Below are positions 49,251-61,587 of a stretch of 64,000 bases of DNA, one piece after another. Location: positions 121,022,412 through 121,086,411 of the forward strand of contig NC_058130.1 in the NCBI RefSeq assembly GCF_016433145.1, read 5' to 3'. How positions within the stretch are numbered: position 1 is the first letter of the stretch; each line of letters starts with the position of its first letter. The notes under the pieces are model-generated. The model was not told the origin of the DNA. It did not search any database and saw nothing but the letters and a program-made list of their open reading frames with translations. This DNA is from Gracilinanus agilis. Its lineage: Eukaryota. A program made the position numbers and the translations under genes.

Positions 49251-49659
49251 CTCATGGCTATAAGTAAGAGAGATGTGTTTCAATTATTGACTTTGTTCAT
49301 AGGACCACAAATGTGATTTTCCAGAATAACCAAAATGGATAAAATTATGGATTAACAAATATTTTTGAGCAATCAAAGTCAGTTGAGGTAGAGTAGGCAA
49401 AAATTTGGTGTAACATAGTCCTTTTTATAAGTAGCTGATGACATACTTGAGAGGTCAAATGTAGAGTTACACATTGCTATTGGAAGTATAATCTGCCCTT
49501 AAGCAGTCTTTTCTAACCTAAAAAAATTTATGAACTAAGGAGTGGAAGTACCCAAATTTTCTCTCATAAAACACTGAATAAGAGGAGTCTTAACACCTTT
49601 TATTTAGAGCCATTTGGCACATCTATCTTTTTTGCCCATAATTCTAATTTCCTTGAATT

Positions 49660-50120
49660 CAGCAAACAATAACTGCCCTCTTTCTGCCAAGCACTATACT
49701 AGGCTTTTAGAATACAAAGACAAATAGGAAATGGTTTATTTAATCATATCACAAGGAAAACTGAGGGAGAAAAACTCTAAATTACTAGAAGCATCTAGAA
49801 AGCCTCCATTAAGACATTTATATTATAATTGAACCTTTACATAAGGCAAGCATTCTAAGAAGTGATGAGTAAGAAAGAGTACATTGTAGTCATTGTGGAT
49901 AGCTTAAGAGAATGCACATCAGTGATTCTTGGGGAAGGAATGGATTTGGGGAATAGTGGTTCAATTTCACTGAGTTTGTAAAGAGGAATAAAAACTGGAA
50001 AAAATAGGTGGAGGAGAAAAGACTATATGCTAAGAACTAGGTGAAATATTTGGAATAAAAATAAAAGAAAGATAACACAGTCCCTGCTCTCATGGAGCTT
50101 ATGTTCTAATGAGAAAAGAT
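49660..50120 (-). mobile_element. L2 tail fragments
   Basis: attcagcaaac...tgccaagcactatactagg; cacagtccctgctctcatggagcttatgttctaat. Confidence 0.6.
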
Positions 50121-50187
50121 AACCATAATATAAATGAAAGATATAACCATGTTTCCATTCACTGTCAGGGTTTGGAAATAGATGGAA

Positions 50188-50409
50188 GCCTGGGTTAGGG
50201 ACATATGACTATAATCTTTGCTAATAGGGAAGGATAATTTTGGTGGACTGCTTGAGCTCAAGAATGAAAATCTTCAGTGGAAATAAAAATTTAAATCTGG
50301 CACTAATATGATGAGTCTATATGAGTGAGGAGTCCCATGGCAATTAGTAGTGGAATCAGACTGGGAGGGGTTTTGCACTCACTTCCAGCATGTATAAAAT
50401 AGGGAAACC
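50188..50409 (+). pseudogene. 7SL (SRP) RNA-derived copy with internal deletion (P7SL_MD-like)
   Basis: catatgactataatc...ggtggactgcttgagctcaag = 7SL 5' Alu part; gcactaatatgatgagtc = ggcatcaatatggtgacc; tcccatggcaattagtagtggaatc and cacttccagcatgtataaaatagggaaacc = 7SL 3' part; in correct order. Confidence 0.7.
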
Positions 50410-50878
50410 AAGATGGAAAAAGGAAAATGTCAGGAAAGTGATGGGAAAGATCACAATAGGCAAAATAAGTTAAAGTTCATCTTTTAGAGTCATATTAGCA
50501 TGGAAGAATTACAATGTTACTTGGTGTTTAGCAGACAAGAACTAATAACAGAGTGCAAGAGTCATGGTTTGGAAGTGGTAAGGAAATAGTATGTAGAATT
50601 CATTCTGTGTAAGATTTAAGGTGATAGTCCACACACAAGAGAGAAAACAAAACAAAAACAACAAAAAAGCCCTTTCATCTGGCTTCACATCCCAGAAAAT
50701 ATCAGAAACAGTTACCAAAAAGTGGAGAGGTGGGGAAAACAGTCAGTTATATAGTGTTCAAGTAATACTTTGTATGAGAATAAAATCTATTTTTAAGTGA
50801 GAAAATTATACCTTAATTTGCACTAAGAATTCATCAGTTCCCTCTCTGGAGGCAGATAGCTTTTATTTTGGTTACTAT

Positions 50879-51220
50879 TGTAATATATAGAAAATGGTCA
50901 GCCATTTTTGTAGGTGCAAAAGAGCAGTTTTCCCCTTTAGAATACAAAACCTGGCAAGGCAGCCCCGGGCATGTGCCAATCTGGGAAAGGTGTATAAATT
51001 GAGGAGCAAAACCCCTCAGGGGCCGCTTCTTCTCTGGGTTAGGGAGGCAGGAGGTTGTCTACTGTCCAGGTCCTGGGAGGACGGTAGATATAGGCAGGCA
51101 GGCAGGCAGGGTTCAGACTACTTTGCTAACTATATCCATCACCTTATTATTGATAAGGCAACTAAGCCTTAATTATAAAACAGGATTATTTCATCATCAA
51201 AATATCCAAACTCTATAACA
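50879..51220 (+). mobile_element. Solo ERV LTR
   Basis: TGTAAT...ATAACA ends, CCAAT (gccaatc) then TATAAA, internal (GGCA)n; no TSD found. Confidence 0.7.
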
Positions 51221-51597
51221 GCTTCTGAGCCAAGGGAGACTCTCAATGTCCCTTGGATTCAGCACCTACGCCAACTTTCTACTTAGATATCTGCATAAAT
51301 TTATTGAACTTATTATAAGTTATAAGCTTAATAGGTTTCACCTATTTCCCTCTTTCCCACCTCCCAATTTCCCTTTCCTTCAATCTATCCAATAAACCCA
51401 GTTTCAATCCTGAACTTATCTTTAGTGGATGAAGTTGATCTTGACTTCCTGGGACCTTAATAATGATTATAATCCTAGCACAAGCTTGATCTTGAAGTGA
51501 TTAGATCAGCTAGGCTTGATTCCAAGATCTGACTACAATATCAAAAGATGTTGACTTTGTCCTCAACCAGGTAGGCTACCAACTTATGAGTAAAGGC

Positions 51598-51628
<31 letters not shown>
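51598..51628. repeat. (TA)n microsatellite
   Basis: Direct inspection. Confidence 0.95.
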
Positions 51629-51789
51629 ATTTTGTTACACATTTTAATAACAAATTGCATGTATTATATTATTATTTTGCTACACTAATAATACAATACA
51701 TGTAATTTGTTATTAAAATATAATAAATCATAATTAACATATTTATCCAAGAGAAACTAATTCTCACATTATGTACAAAAATGAATGTT

Positions 51790-52275
51790 CCATTATTTTT
51801 TCCTCCCTTCCCACACCTTCCTCTTCCCTAAGAAAGCAGGTAATATGATATATATTGTACACATATTATCATATAACACATCATCATGTTGTGAAACAAA
51901 ATACTTCTTGCTTATAGTATAGAAAAGAACATGGAGAAAATTAAATAAAAAATACTAGTTTCAGTCTGCATCATGAATCCATCTGTTCCTTCTATGGCAG
52001 TGGATATCTTTTTTTTTTTCCCTCTGGAGTCCCTTGGAGTTGTCCTAGATCCTTTCTTTGTTGATAATAATTAAATCATTAATAGTTCATTATCATATGT
52101 TATTTTTGTTCCTGTGTACAACATTCTCCTGGTTCTGCTCATTTCATCTTGCATCATTTCATATGTCTTTCCAGATTTTTTTGTGATCATCTTATTTATC
52201 ATTTCTTATGGCACAATAGGATTCCATTACAAGTATACATCATGACTTGTTCAGCCATTCACCAACTGTTGGGGG
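51790..52275 (-). mobile_element. Old L1 3' fragment
   Basis: gtgtacaacattctcctggttctgctcatttcatcttgcatc, gacttgttcagccattcacc. Confidence 0.85.
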
Positions 52276-52959
52276 CTAGAAGTATCTTTTTACTCTATCC
52301 TGGAGTCACAATCATAGCATAAAATTTTAACTGGTTCTTGAAGTTATAAAAGGTTAAAAAAAGATCACTCAGTGAATAAAATATTGAGCATCTACTATAT
52401 GTCCTTATTCTTATGCTCTTTATGTTTTCTATGGAAGTTATACTGTATTGTGTAACGTTATATGTGTATATGCCTTTTCCACTCCAACCCCAGATTGTCA
52501 TTCCCATAATGGCAGGAACCAGGTCTTAATTAACATAGCCAAAAATGTTAATTCAGTGGTGAAGCTATGAGTTGGTCCAAACATTCTTAAAATAATTAAG
52601 AATTATTTAAGAAAATTTACTATGAATTACACTAAATTATTACTAAATTATACTTTAATGAAGAGATTCTAGTACTTGAATTATACGCCAAGGAAGTTAT
52701 GGATAGAAAGAAAAGACCCATGTGTACAAAGATGTTCATAGCAGCATTATCTGCTATAATAAAAACTGGAAACAAAATATGGGCTAATGATTTGGAAAGT
52801 GTTGAACAGAATAAAGAATATGAAGATGATAGAATGGTAATGTATTATAAGCACTTTAAATATGCATATTACCAATGCCTATTTAACTCTGTACTCATTC
52901 TTTTGGAAAATAAAGTTTATTGATTACTTTTAGTTTTACATTGCTTATATTTTCCTTTC

Positions 52960-53740
52960 CCATTTTTTCAGTGAGTTATTGTTTATACCAAAGAACTTTT
53001 AACTGAGGAATATTTCAGCAAAATTAATCAACATTTAGAGAAAAAAAAAGATGTAGTGCAATGTATTAAAACCCTGTATTCCCATCTGAAAAAGGGGAAG
53101 GGAGATATGTCTTCACAAGTCTTTTCTTTGCCAACAAGCTTGCTTGTTATAATTTGACAGTGTTCAATTTAAATTGCTGTTTGTGGTATCATCTATTTCC
53201 CCTGTTGCAGTCATTGTGCATATTGTTTTCATGCCTCTGCTTACCTTACTTTGCATCAGTTTATGTGACTTTTTCTATACACTTTTTTTTAAACCCTTAA
53301 CTTCTGTTTATTGGCTCATAAGTGGAAGAGTGGTAAGGGTGGGGAATGGGGGTCAAGTGACTTTCCCAGGGTCACACAGCTGGGAAGTGTCTGAGGCCAG
53401 CTTTGAACCTAGGACCTCCCATTTCTAGGCCTGACTCTCAATCCACTGAGCTACCCAGCTGCCCCCTTCTATGCACTTCTGTATTAATCAGGTTTTGTTT
53501 TTCTTGTACCACAGAAATACTTCATCACATCCATGTAACACAATTTGTTTAGCCATAACAATCAATGGTCAATACCCTCCCCACCCATTTTTGTAAGCCT
53601 TCCTAAGTTTCTCTGAATTATACATATTCTTCATTTCTTGGGAACAATATTGTTTCATTCAACTACATTCTACAATTTAAGGCATTCTCCCAACCAGTAA
53701 ATATCTCATTGGTTTTCAGGGTTTTTTTTGTTTGTTTTTT
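52960..53740 (-). mobile_element. Old L1 3' fragment interrupted by a SINE
   Basis: gcatattgttttcatgcctctgcttaccttactttgcatcagttta | SINE | catccatgtaacacaatttgtttagcca. Confidence 0.7.
53283..53466 (-). mobile_element. SINE1_Mdo-type SINE
   Basis: ctgagctacccagctgccccc head, tttgaacctagg B-box, aaacccttaacttctg tail; TSD ttctatacactt / ttctatgcactt. Confidence 0.94.
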
Positions 53741-55039
53741 TATACCACAAAAGGCATTTAGAGAAAGATATGTTTAAGAAATACATATTGAGGGAAGAAG
53801 CAGCCTTTTGAAAAGAACTTTATATTTGGAATTAGAGGTCTTGGATTTGAATATGGGTCTTACTACTTAATACCTGTCTAGCAGGAAGAATTAGTTTTAC
53901 CTCTGTTGACCTCAATTTCCCTTCTGTAAAATAAAGATATGCTCCCCCTTTGAAAGTTCTATATTAATGATCCAATAAATTATAGAGAAATTGATATCTG
54001 AAAGGTGGGTAGGATGCTATGTTAAAATTATATTTAAAAAGTCATTCTTTGTATATGAATTATTCTAGAAATATTCCCTCACTGGGGTCAACATTTATTC
54101 AAGTCTTAGTGCTTAGGAGGTTAAACTTAGGCCACTTGATTATTTTTACCCCTAACTTGTGAACTCTTCCTATTCTTTGATACTGCCTGGCAAATGAGCT
54201 ATTGCTATTATTCTATTTCATGTTTTCCACTTTGCCCTTTCTATCCTTTGATGGAGGTGCTAATTAAAAGGCTAATAGTAGAGGGGAAAGGAGGACAAAG
54301 CAATAAAAAGGAGAATCAAGAAACATGAATTACTCACAAACTCAAAAAAATCCCTAGAATGTTCAAAAAGTCAGCTATTTGTTTAGCTTTTAAAATACGA
54401 GGGAAGGAAAACATTTTATTCATCTTTAGTATAATTCAAAAATGGAAGAGAGGAAGATGGAATGAATTAGCAGAGATAATGGCATTTTCATAAGTATTTA
54501 TTTTCGTAACATGTTGATTGGCATTCGGTATCACAGCTATGTTTGTCCTGCCTCTGGTATATTCATTTAGTAGGCAAACAACACAGGGCAGCTCCACCAA
54601 CACAAAGTCTATGGGACGAGTGCTGGGATTTCTATGGCTCAGATTTGCTTGGCTAGAAATGTATGCATATGTGCTGTGCAAAATTAATGACTCTGCTAAA
54701 TATTTAAAAGCATGAACAAAATATTCCAACACCTGCTTCTTTCTATGTAGTTTAAAGGGGGTGGAAAATCTACCTTGAATCCCAGTATGTTAAAATGGAA
54801 GAATTATATCTACATGTCAATTTTTAAAAGAACTTTATTTAATGATGCATTTTAATGGAATAATCAAACTTATTAAAACATAACTTGTGCTTTAAGTCCA
54901 AGGAAGAGCTTAGCCTAAATGCTCTCTAGGTTCCCTTCCATTTCCATATTCTATTAACCTATACTTCACTGGGTTGGTGATCTCATTGATGAGATTATTT
55001 CTTCCACATAGTATAGATCTTCACCCATCCCTTCTCTAG

Positions 55040-55220
55040 GGCCATTGATGTAGAATTGGAAGGGACATTAGAAGTCTCTTCATCTGACCCCCTCATTTTT
55101 CATATAATAAAACCGAAGACCAAAAAGATTAAATGACTTATACAAAAACAAAGGCTTTATGTGGCTATGCTGTGATTCAAATCTAGGTCTCTTGATTCTA
55201 AGTCCAACATTCTTTCCTTT
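55040..55220 (-). mobile_element. MIR fragment
   Basis: agaattggaagggacattagaagtc...ctgaccccctcattttt...gattaaatgactt...gattcaaatctaggtctcttgattc. Confidence 0.7.
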
Positions 55221-55879
55221 TTTTGATCAGCATTTATAAAGTGCTAGATAAAGATATAGAATCTACATATGAAAAACCTTGGAAAATCAGTGCTCAAGGA
55301 ACTTATGGGGGACGGAATCTTCTCATAGACAATTAAATTCAAAATATAAACAACTCAGTGCCTGATACATCATAGTTATTTAATAAATATTTATAGAATC
55401 ATTGAACATAATTTGGGTGTAGAAAAGGATGAAAGAGGCACTAACAATTACAGAATGTGGACAATCCTTTTGAAGGACTTAGAGTGGCACTTAGTGACAT
55501 TTGACTTTTTCATGAGTCCAGGCACAATGCACAGCCTGAACAAAGAAAATGAAATACAAGAGAAAGCATCTGGTACAAGAAATATTGCTTTTGATTCTAT
55601 TTAGTTCTTTTCCATGAACTCGAATAAAAACTCCTACACAGATCCATCCTAAGTGCTAAAGATATTTTGTCATATTTTCTGAGTACCACACACAGTATTT
55701 TCATGGTCCATCTGTTAAATCTCATTCTCTCCCCCTGACTAGATCACTTTCTTTTCACAACCATTAATGATCTTTATGATGTCCCTTATCCTACTTCATT
55801 CATAAAAGTCATCACTGGAAATATGCTATAGCAGGTTAATGGCATTCATCATTTACTTCATGGTGTAAAAGATTGAATG

Positions 55880-56350
55880 GATTTGGAGTAAGAAGATCAT
55901 AGAATCATAGTTCTATAGGGGGAAAGGCTCTCAGAAATCATCTAAACCAATCCTCATCCTTTTCAGATGTGGAAACCCCTCCAAAGTTAACTAATTTACT
56001 CAAGCTCACAAAGAGTGTAAGTACGCCTCAAAGGTGGGATTTGAACCCTAGGTTCCCTGACTATAAAGCCAATTCTTTTTGCATTGGACAGTCCTTTCTG
56101 CCTTATAAGATTTGGGGACTCAGGCAAATCACTTAGGTTCATCCTCAAATTTAATAATATTTAAAAAGCACTTAGCAAAGTGCCTGACACATATGAAGCA
56201 TTTAATAAATCTTTGTTTACATCTCCCCATCCCTCAACCTCAGTTTCCTCATCTGAAAAATAGAGGAAATAAAGCAACTAATAAGAAGGCTATTGTGAGG
56301 GGAAACATGATGTAAAGTGTGTAATGCGTTTTGAAAACACTATATAATAA
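55880..56350. mobile_element. Cluster of MIR fragments in both orientations
   Basis: gggatttgaaccctaggttccctgact (minus); cctcagtttcctcatctgaaaaatagagg (plus core). Confidence 0.65.
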
Positions 56351-56589
56351 AAATTATTATAATTCTCCCTTGTTCTTTAGGTAGACCACAACTTTAGTTC
56401 TCTGGAGAATCTGTACAATCTCCTTGGGAACCAGGATTAAATTTTAATAACTATGTATTCATATGTTAAAATGAGTAATAAATTTATAATTATTTATATA
56501 TAGGGATTCCTCTCATAGAGATTCTATCTTACTCAGCCTATCATATACACCCATGGACAGACAAGCACCCTTGTACCAATAATTTCATT

Positions 56590-56775
56590 GTGATGAATGG
56601 CTCAGTGGAGAGAGCAGGACCTAGAATCAGGAGCACATGAGCTCAAATCTGTACACTTGTTAGCTTTATGACCCTAGTAAAATCATTTATTCTTTATCTT
56701 CCTGAGATTCCTTAGGCATAAAGTGGGAATAATAATAAAAAAAATCTACCTCCCTGGCTGGTTGTGAGCTTGGAA
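56590..56775 (+). mobile_element. MIR/MAR1-type SINE fragment
   Basis: ggctcagtggagagagcaggacctagaatcagg...gagctcaaatc...aataataa...ctacctccctggctggttgtgag. Confidence 0.65.
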
Positions 56776-56781
56776 AAAATA

Positions 56782-57158
56782 CGGACATACCTTGGTTTAT
56801 TACAGTTCACTTTGTTGTACTTTATAGATAATGCAATATTTTTATAAATGGAAAGTTTGTGGTAGTCCTACATGAAGCTAGGCTCAGCATATACTCATTT
56901 TGTGTCTCTATGTAGCATTTTGGTAATTCTCACACTATTTCAGGATTTTCCCTTTTCATTATATCTATTAAAGGATTTATGATCTTTGATTTTATTTTAC
57001 CATTGTAATTGTTTTGGAGTTCCATCAACTGCACCCGTATTAGAACTTAATAAATATTTTGTGTTTTGACTGTTCAACCAACCAGCTGACACCCACTCCC
57101 TCTCCTCTTCCTTCTCTGTTCCTTAAAATATAACAATTTTAAAATTAGCTCTATTAAT
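56782..57158 (+). mobile_element. Tigger1-like Tc1/mariner transposon 5' end
   Basis: TA|cggacataccttggtttattacagttcactttgttg..., cattttggtaattctcac, aacaattttaaaattagctctattaat match my recollection of the Tigger1 left end. Confidence 0.85.
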
Positions 57159-57642
57159 TATTATCTTTAAATTATCTGAAGACTATATATTAATTTTTCA
57201 TTATTTACTACATAGTAAACATTGGAGCAAGAGAGAAAGAGAGATAGGTTCATAATTACCTGGCCATGCCTAACTAATCTGAGTTTGTCTCATTTGTCTC
57301 TGTTCACTAGCCAGAAACCACCACACCAGCAAAAGTCTCCAGACCTAAGAGCCAAAAGCTGAGAAGTCCCCAAAAGCCCTTCTTGCTTCCCCAATCCCCT
57401 CTTTTATAATAAACCCATTGAAGTCATTACTTCTGTATCTCCCTGATTGGAAAGATGGCCTCAATCTTGGTCAGAGACCAGTTTTCCAGTGCTAGGAATT
57501 ACTGGGGACAAGAGGAAAGCATCTTCTGCCAGGGATCCACAAGGCCTCTGGTGTCCTCCTATAGTACTCATGCACACCCAAACAAAGGATGGGACTGATA
57601 CCTACCAAAATGAGCTATTAAATTTTTCATTTTATTAAAACA
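57159..57642 (-). mobile_element. Solo ERV LTR
   Basis: Minus strand starts TGTTTTAATAAAATG; CCAAT (ccaatcag), TATAAAA, and the gtaaataa...attaatatatagtcttcag end typical of marsupial LTRs; no TSD seen. Confidence 0.65.
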
Positions 57643-57714
57643 AGGAAAGAGTGGTATAATTCATATCAATTTCAAAGGACTCTAAAATGGTCTCTAATGT
57701 TTAAGTGAAAAGAA

Positions 57715-58260
57715 GACTCACTCATTGTGGGAGAACATTGTACACAGTAACAACAATAGTGTATAATAACCAACACTAAATGATTTAACTATGATCAACA
57801 AGGCAAGGATCCAAGACAACTCTAAAGAACTCATGACAAAAAAGGAACTGATAAGAATGATATGTACATTGTGTGATTTGTTTTTCTTGACTATATGTAT
57901 CATTACTAGGATTGGATTTTTACACAGGGTGACAGGATTAGGTGATTAGTGGTTAATAAAAGATTTTTAAAAAACTCAGCAAAATATTTTCAAATGTAGA
58001 GAAGAAAAAATAATTGCAAAAATGGACACAGTAATTTTGTTATTTTTAAATTATATGTATAAATTGTATATATATAATTTAATTTATAGTATATACATAC
58101 AATACACATTTATGTACTTTGTGTATATATGTATATACAGCTTTTTAATAATGTATATAATTTTAATTTCTGATATAATTCTTTTTTATCTCCTTTGTAT
58201 TTTGAAATATTCTTGTTTCTTTATGATTAAGCTTACAATAAAAATAATTAAAAACAAAAA
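57715..58260 (+). mobile_element. Old L1 3'UTR fragments
   Basis: gggagaacattgtacacagtaacaacaatag..., caaggcaaggatccaagacaactctaaagaactcatg; AT-rich tail. Confidence 0.65.
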
Positions 58261-58547
58261 CTTGAGTTAATCTTGTAGTTGTGTTAAGGATTTTTCTTTT
58301 AAATACCTGGCAGTAAACTCACATAAATACTAAATATTTCTACATATGCAAATTAATTTACTCTTATATATGTCCATATGAGATTCCAGGTTCTAATTTA
58401 TCAGTCTTAGATGTTTTATAGTCAAAATGAACCAGGGTTCTCAAAATCTTTCTCAATATAACATAAACTTTCACTGGTACTGACAAGGTAAAAGAGATTG
58501 AAAAATGAATTATATAACTGTCATTTAATGACCAAACTAAACTTTAT

Positions 58548-58746
58548 TTTTTTAAACCTTTCCGTCTTTCTTAGAATCTATACTAAGTATCATTTCCAAG
58601 GCAGAAGAGTGGTAAGGGCTGGGTAATTAGAGTTAAGCAACTTGCCCAGGATCATACAACTAGGAAGCATCTGAAGTCATATTTGAACTGAGGGCTTCCA
58701 AATTTTAGGCCTGATCCTCTATTCACTGAGCTACCTAGCTGTCCCT
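58548..58746 (-). mobile_element. Opossum CORE-SINE (MAR1a-c_Mdo/SINE-2_MD-like)
   Basis: cttagaatctatactaagtatcatttccaaggcagaagagtggtaagggct tail; cactgagctacctagctgtccc head. Confidence 0.9.
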
Positions 58747-60944
58747 GAAATATGATAAGGTCAATCACCAAATGATGCATTTTTTTCCAACCATAGAAGC
58801 TCACAAAGACCATCTATGAGATATAAACAAAAATGTTATTGTAATACTTTTTTGTTCAGATAGCCAATCAATCTGAGAAATCATTAGATATTTTTCTTCT
58901 TTTTTTTATAGATTTTGTGAGTAGTAAGGTTACTGGTATTATAAAAGACCATATTGATAACTCTTTAATATTATATGTAATTTATAGCTTTATTTTATAC
59001 TACATATATTGGTTGCATCATTTCAAACCTGAGGTTGTAGGCCACCAGTAGGGTGATAATTAATAGATCCATGAAAGTGTATTTAATAAATACATCTGAT
59101 GTGCCAGGCTCTGGTAATATAAGCAAAAGAATGAGTAAAACCCCTGTTTTCTTTTGTAGAATGTTTTTTTTATTTTTATCATTACATATAAAACAATTTT
59201 AGCATTTATTTTTTAAAATAATTTTCCAAATTCTCTCCTTCAGAAAGCAAGTACCTACCTCCTAGGCTTATCATGAGGATAAAATGAGATGATGTTTGAA
59301 AAACAATCTGCAAACCTTAAAGTTCTATATAAATACCAGGCAGCTATTTTCATTGGTCAATATTAAAGCAAGTAGGAACAGGCAACCTTAATGTGTTTTG
59401 CATCTTGTTGGTGAGTACTTATTAGGATGGCCAAATATGTTTCTTAATGTTCAGTAATTTTATCTGAGTGATAATATTTGTGAGAAAACCATGATATTCC
59501 ATATTTTTGAGTTTTCAGCAAGAATCTCAATTTTTCTTCATTCTTTATTCCATAAAGTTTTTAGGAATAGAGAAGGTGGGAGGTCCATAAGTGGAATTAG
59601 AAGGAAAAAGGAGAAATATAAACTTAACATAATAGTGTTTTGTCTCCCTTGGTTATGGAAAATTCTTCAGTAATGAACCAAAAATTTTTTTTCAGTAAAT
59701 ATATTTCCTTTTTTTAAAATATCATAACAATTTTTGAAATAACTTAAAGTTTGAGAACTCTACTGTAGGATAATTAACCATTTTTATTTTCTTGACTGGA
59801 CTTGAAAATCCCTTTTTATCAAAGAGAACTCTGCCTTTTTGGCTTCCCACTGTGCATTTTGCAAGTCTTTACTGCTGCTCCAATTTCAAGAGTGATGGCT
59901 CAGGAGACACCTGATCTATTTTTCTCCTGATCCAAAATCAACAAGTAGCTATGCTATAACTATTCCAGGTGAGACCAAATTGCCTTACAAGTCTAGCAGC
60001 GGCAGAAATTCATGACAAAGATATGAATGAAAAACTTGCCAGACAGATAGTCATCCCCCACAAGACGGGCTGCCGGCCAATTATTTTCTCTCCTCCTTCT
60101 CTACTCTAGTTCCAATCCAACAACAGTTATTTATGTTTGTTCTCAGCATCTGAGGGTGGTAGTTAACAAAACTTTTCAAGCAGAAGCATTATTGGTTATG
60201 ATGAACTGTCTGGTCATTTTCTAGTCTGTCTAAAATTTCTTTCTGCAATGTCAGCTACGCTCTTTTTTTTTGTGATGCCACAAGAAATGTGAGAAATCAA
60301 ATTAAATTGAGTCTTTGAAATGCTTTTGAAGGCTGATTCTTTTCTTGGGAATTAAAGTGGTTTAATCATTCATTAAATTATATTTTGGAAATAATATACA
60401 TACATCCTAATATTGTAAAATACTAAATATGATAGCTAATTTATACTTTGTACGAATCATTTTCCCCTTAGGCAGAGGCATAGGTCTGTAGTGTTGGATT
60501 TTATTTTCAGTGTTATTCAAGAGAACAAAAGATCCTCAGAGAGAGCTGCAAAGGGAATAAAAAAAGAGCTCTTCAGCAAATCTTCAAATTATGCCATTTC
60601 TTGCAAGATCAATACTGCCCTTCTGCACACAGATGTGTCAGACAAGAAAAAATAATATATTCAGACAGGGTCCTAGAAAATTATTTTCAACATTATAAGT
60701 TTGCCTTTTTATTCCCTTGGGTCTCACCTATTAAGTAGGTAAGTGAACTATATTTAACCCCAATATAAATATGACCACTTTATCCATTTAAAATGGCTTA
60801 TGAATTGGAAAAATCTGCCTAACCCAGAAATGAAAAATCTCTATATCTTTTTCTGAGATGATTTTGACTGCCATATTTCCAGAATCTTTCTTCTGCCCTT
60901 ATGATTCAGCATCCATAGATCTGCCACGCACAATCACTCTAGAA

Positions 60945-61587
60945 CAGTGATGGCGAACCTTTTAGAGATGGACTTTCAGATCCTGCCCCACCCACCCCAG
61001 AGACCGAATGCTGTGTCTGTTCCCCCCAGAGACCAAGTGTTGTGCCCACTCCACCTAAGACTGAGTGTCCTGTTCCCCCTCCATGTCCCCCTCCCTGGAC
61101 AACTCACCCCAGACAAGGGAGGAAGGAACCCCCCCCCCATTGGGCTATTGGGCAGAGGGGCAGGTGATGAGAGGCATATGTGGAGAGGGTGATGAGAGTG
61201 GCCAAGCTCCCCTCCAATCACAGCTATGTGACATGCTGTGAGCTATCCTCTCTTCAAACTCATGAAGCTCCTCTCCATCCCCACCACAAGATTCACCTTC
61301 ACCACAGACTAAACAGGCTGCTATCTAAATTGTACTCTTATGCTGCATGTGAGCCTTCCCCCTCAGCACCTTAAACCCAGACAGGGGAGGGAGGAAGAGC
61401 TCCCATTGGGCGGCTGTCAGAGGGGCAGAGGGAGTGAGCAACATCCTCAGGCACATGGAGAGGAACAGCTCCACCCAGAGTCTCTCTGGCTTTCTAGTAA
61501 GGAACTTTGACAGACAATTGCCAGCATCCCACAGAGAGATCTCGGCATGCCCTTTTTTGCACAGGTGCCATAGATTCACCATCACTA
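60945..61587 (+). mobile_element. Non-autonomous hAT element (OposCharlie2/hAT1-like), 643 bp, GC-rich
   Basis: TIRs cagtgatggcgaacct / agattcaccatcacta; perfect 8-bp TSD ctctagaa (60937-60944, 61588-61595), fitting the Charlie NTCTAGAN target. Confidence 0.94.

Noticed and set aside
59993-60109. Open frame LAAAEIHDKDMNEKLARQIVIPHKTGCRPIIF as a coding exon
   Set aside because: No acceptor or donor bounds it and it ends in a stop; kept only as a CNE candidate.
60913-60940. ccatagat...atcact just left of the hAT element as a second right-end TIR
   Set aside because: The match is two short words with unrelated spacing; compatible with chance.
60945-61587. CpG island or gene promoter
   Set aside because: The GC-rich patch is bounded exactly by hAT TIRs and TSD and has few CpGs.
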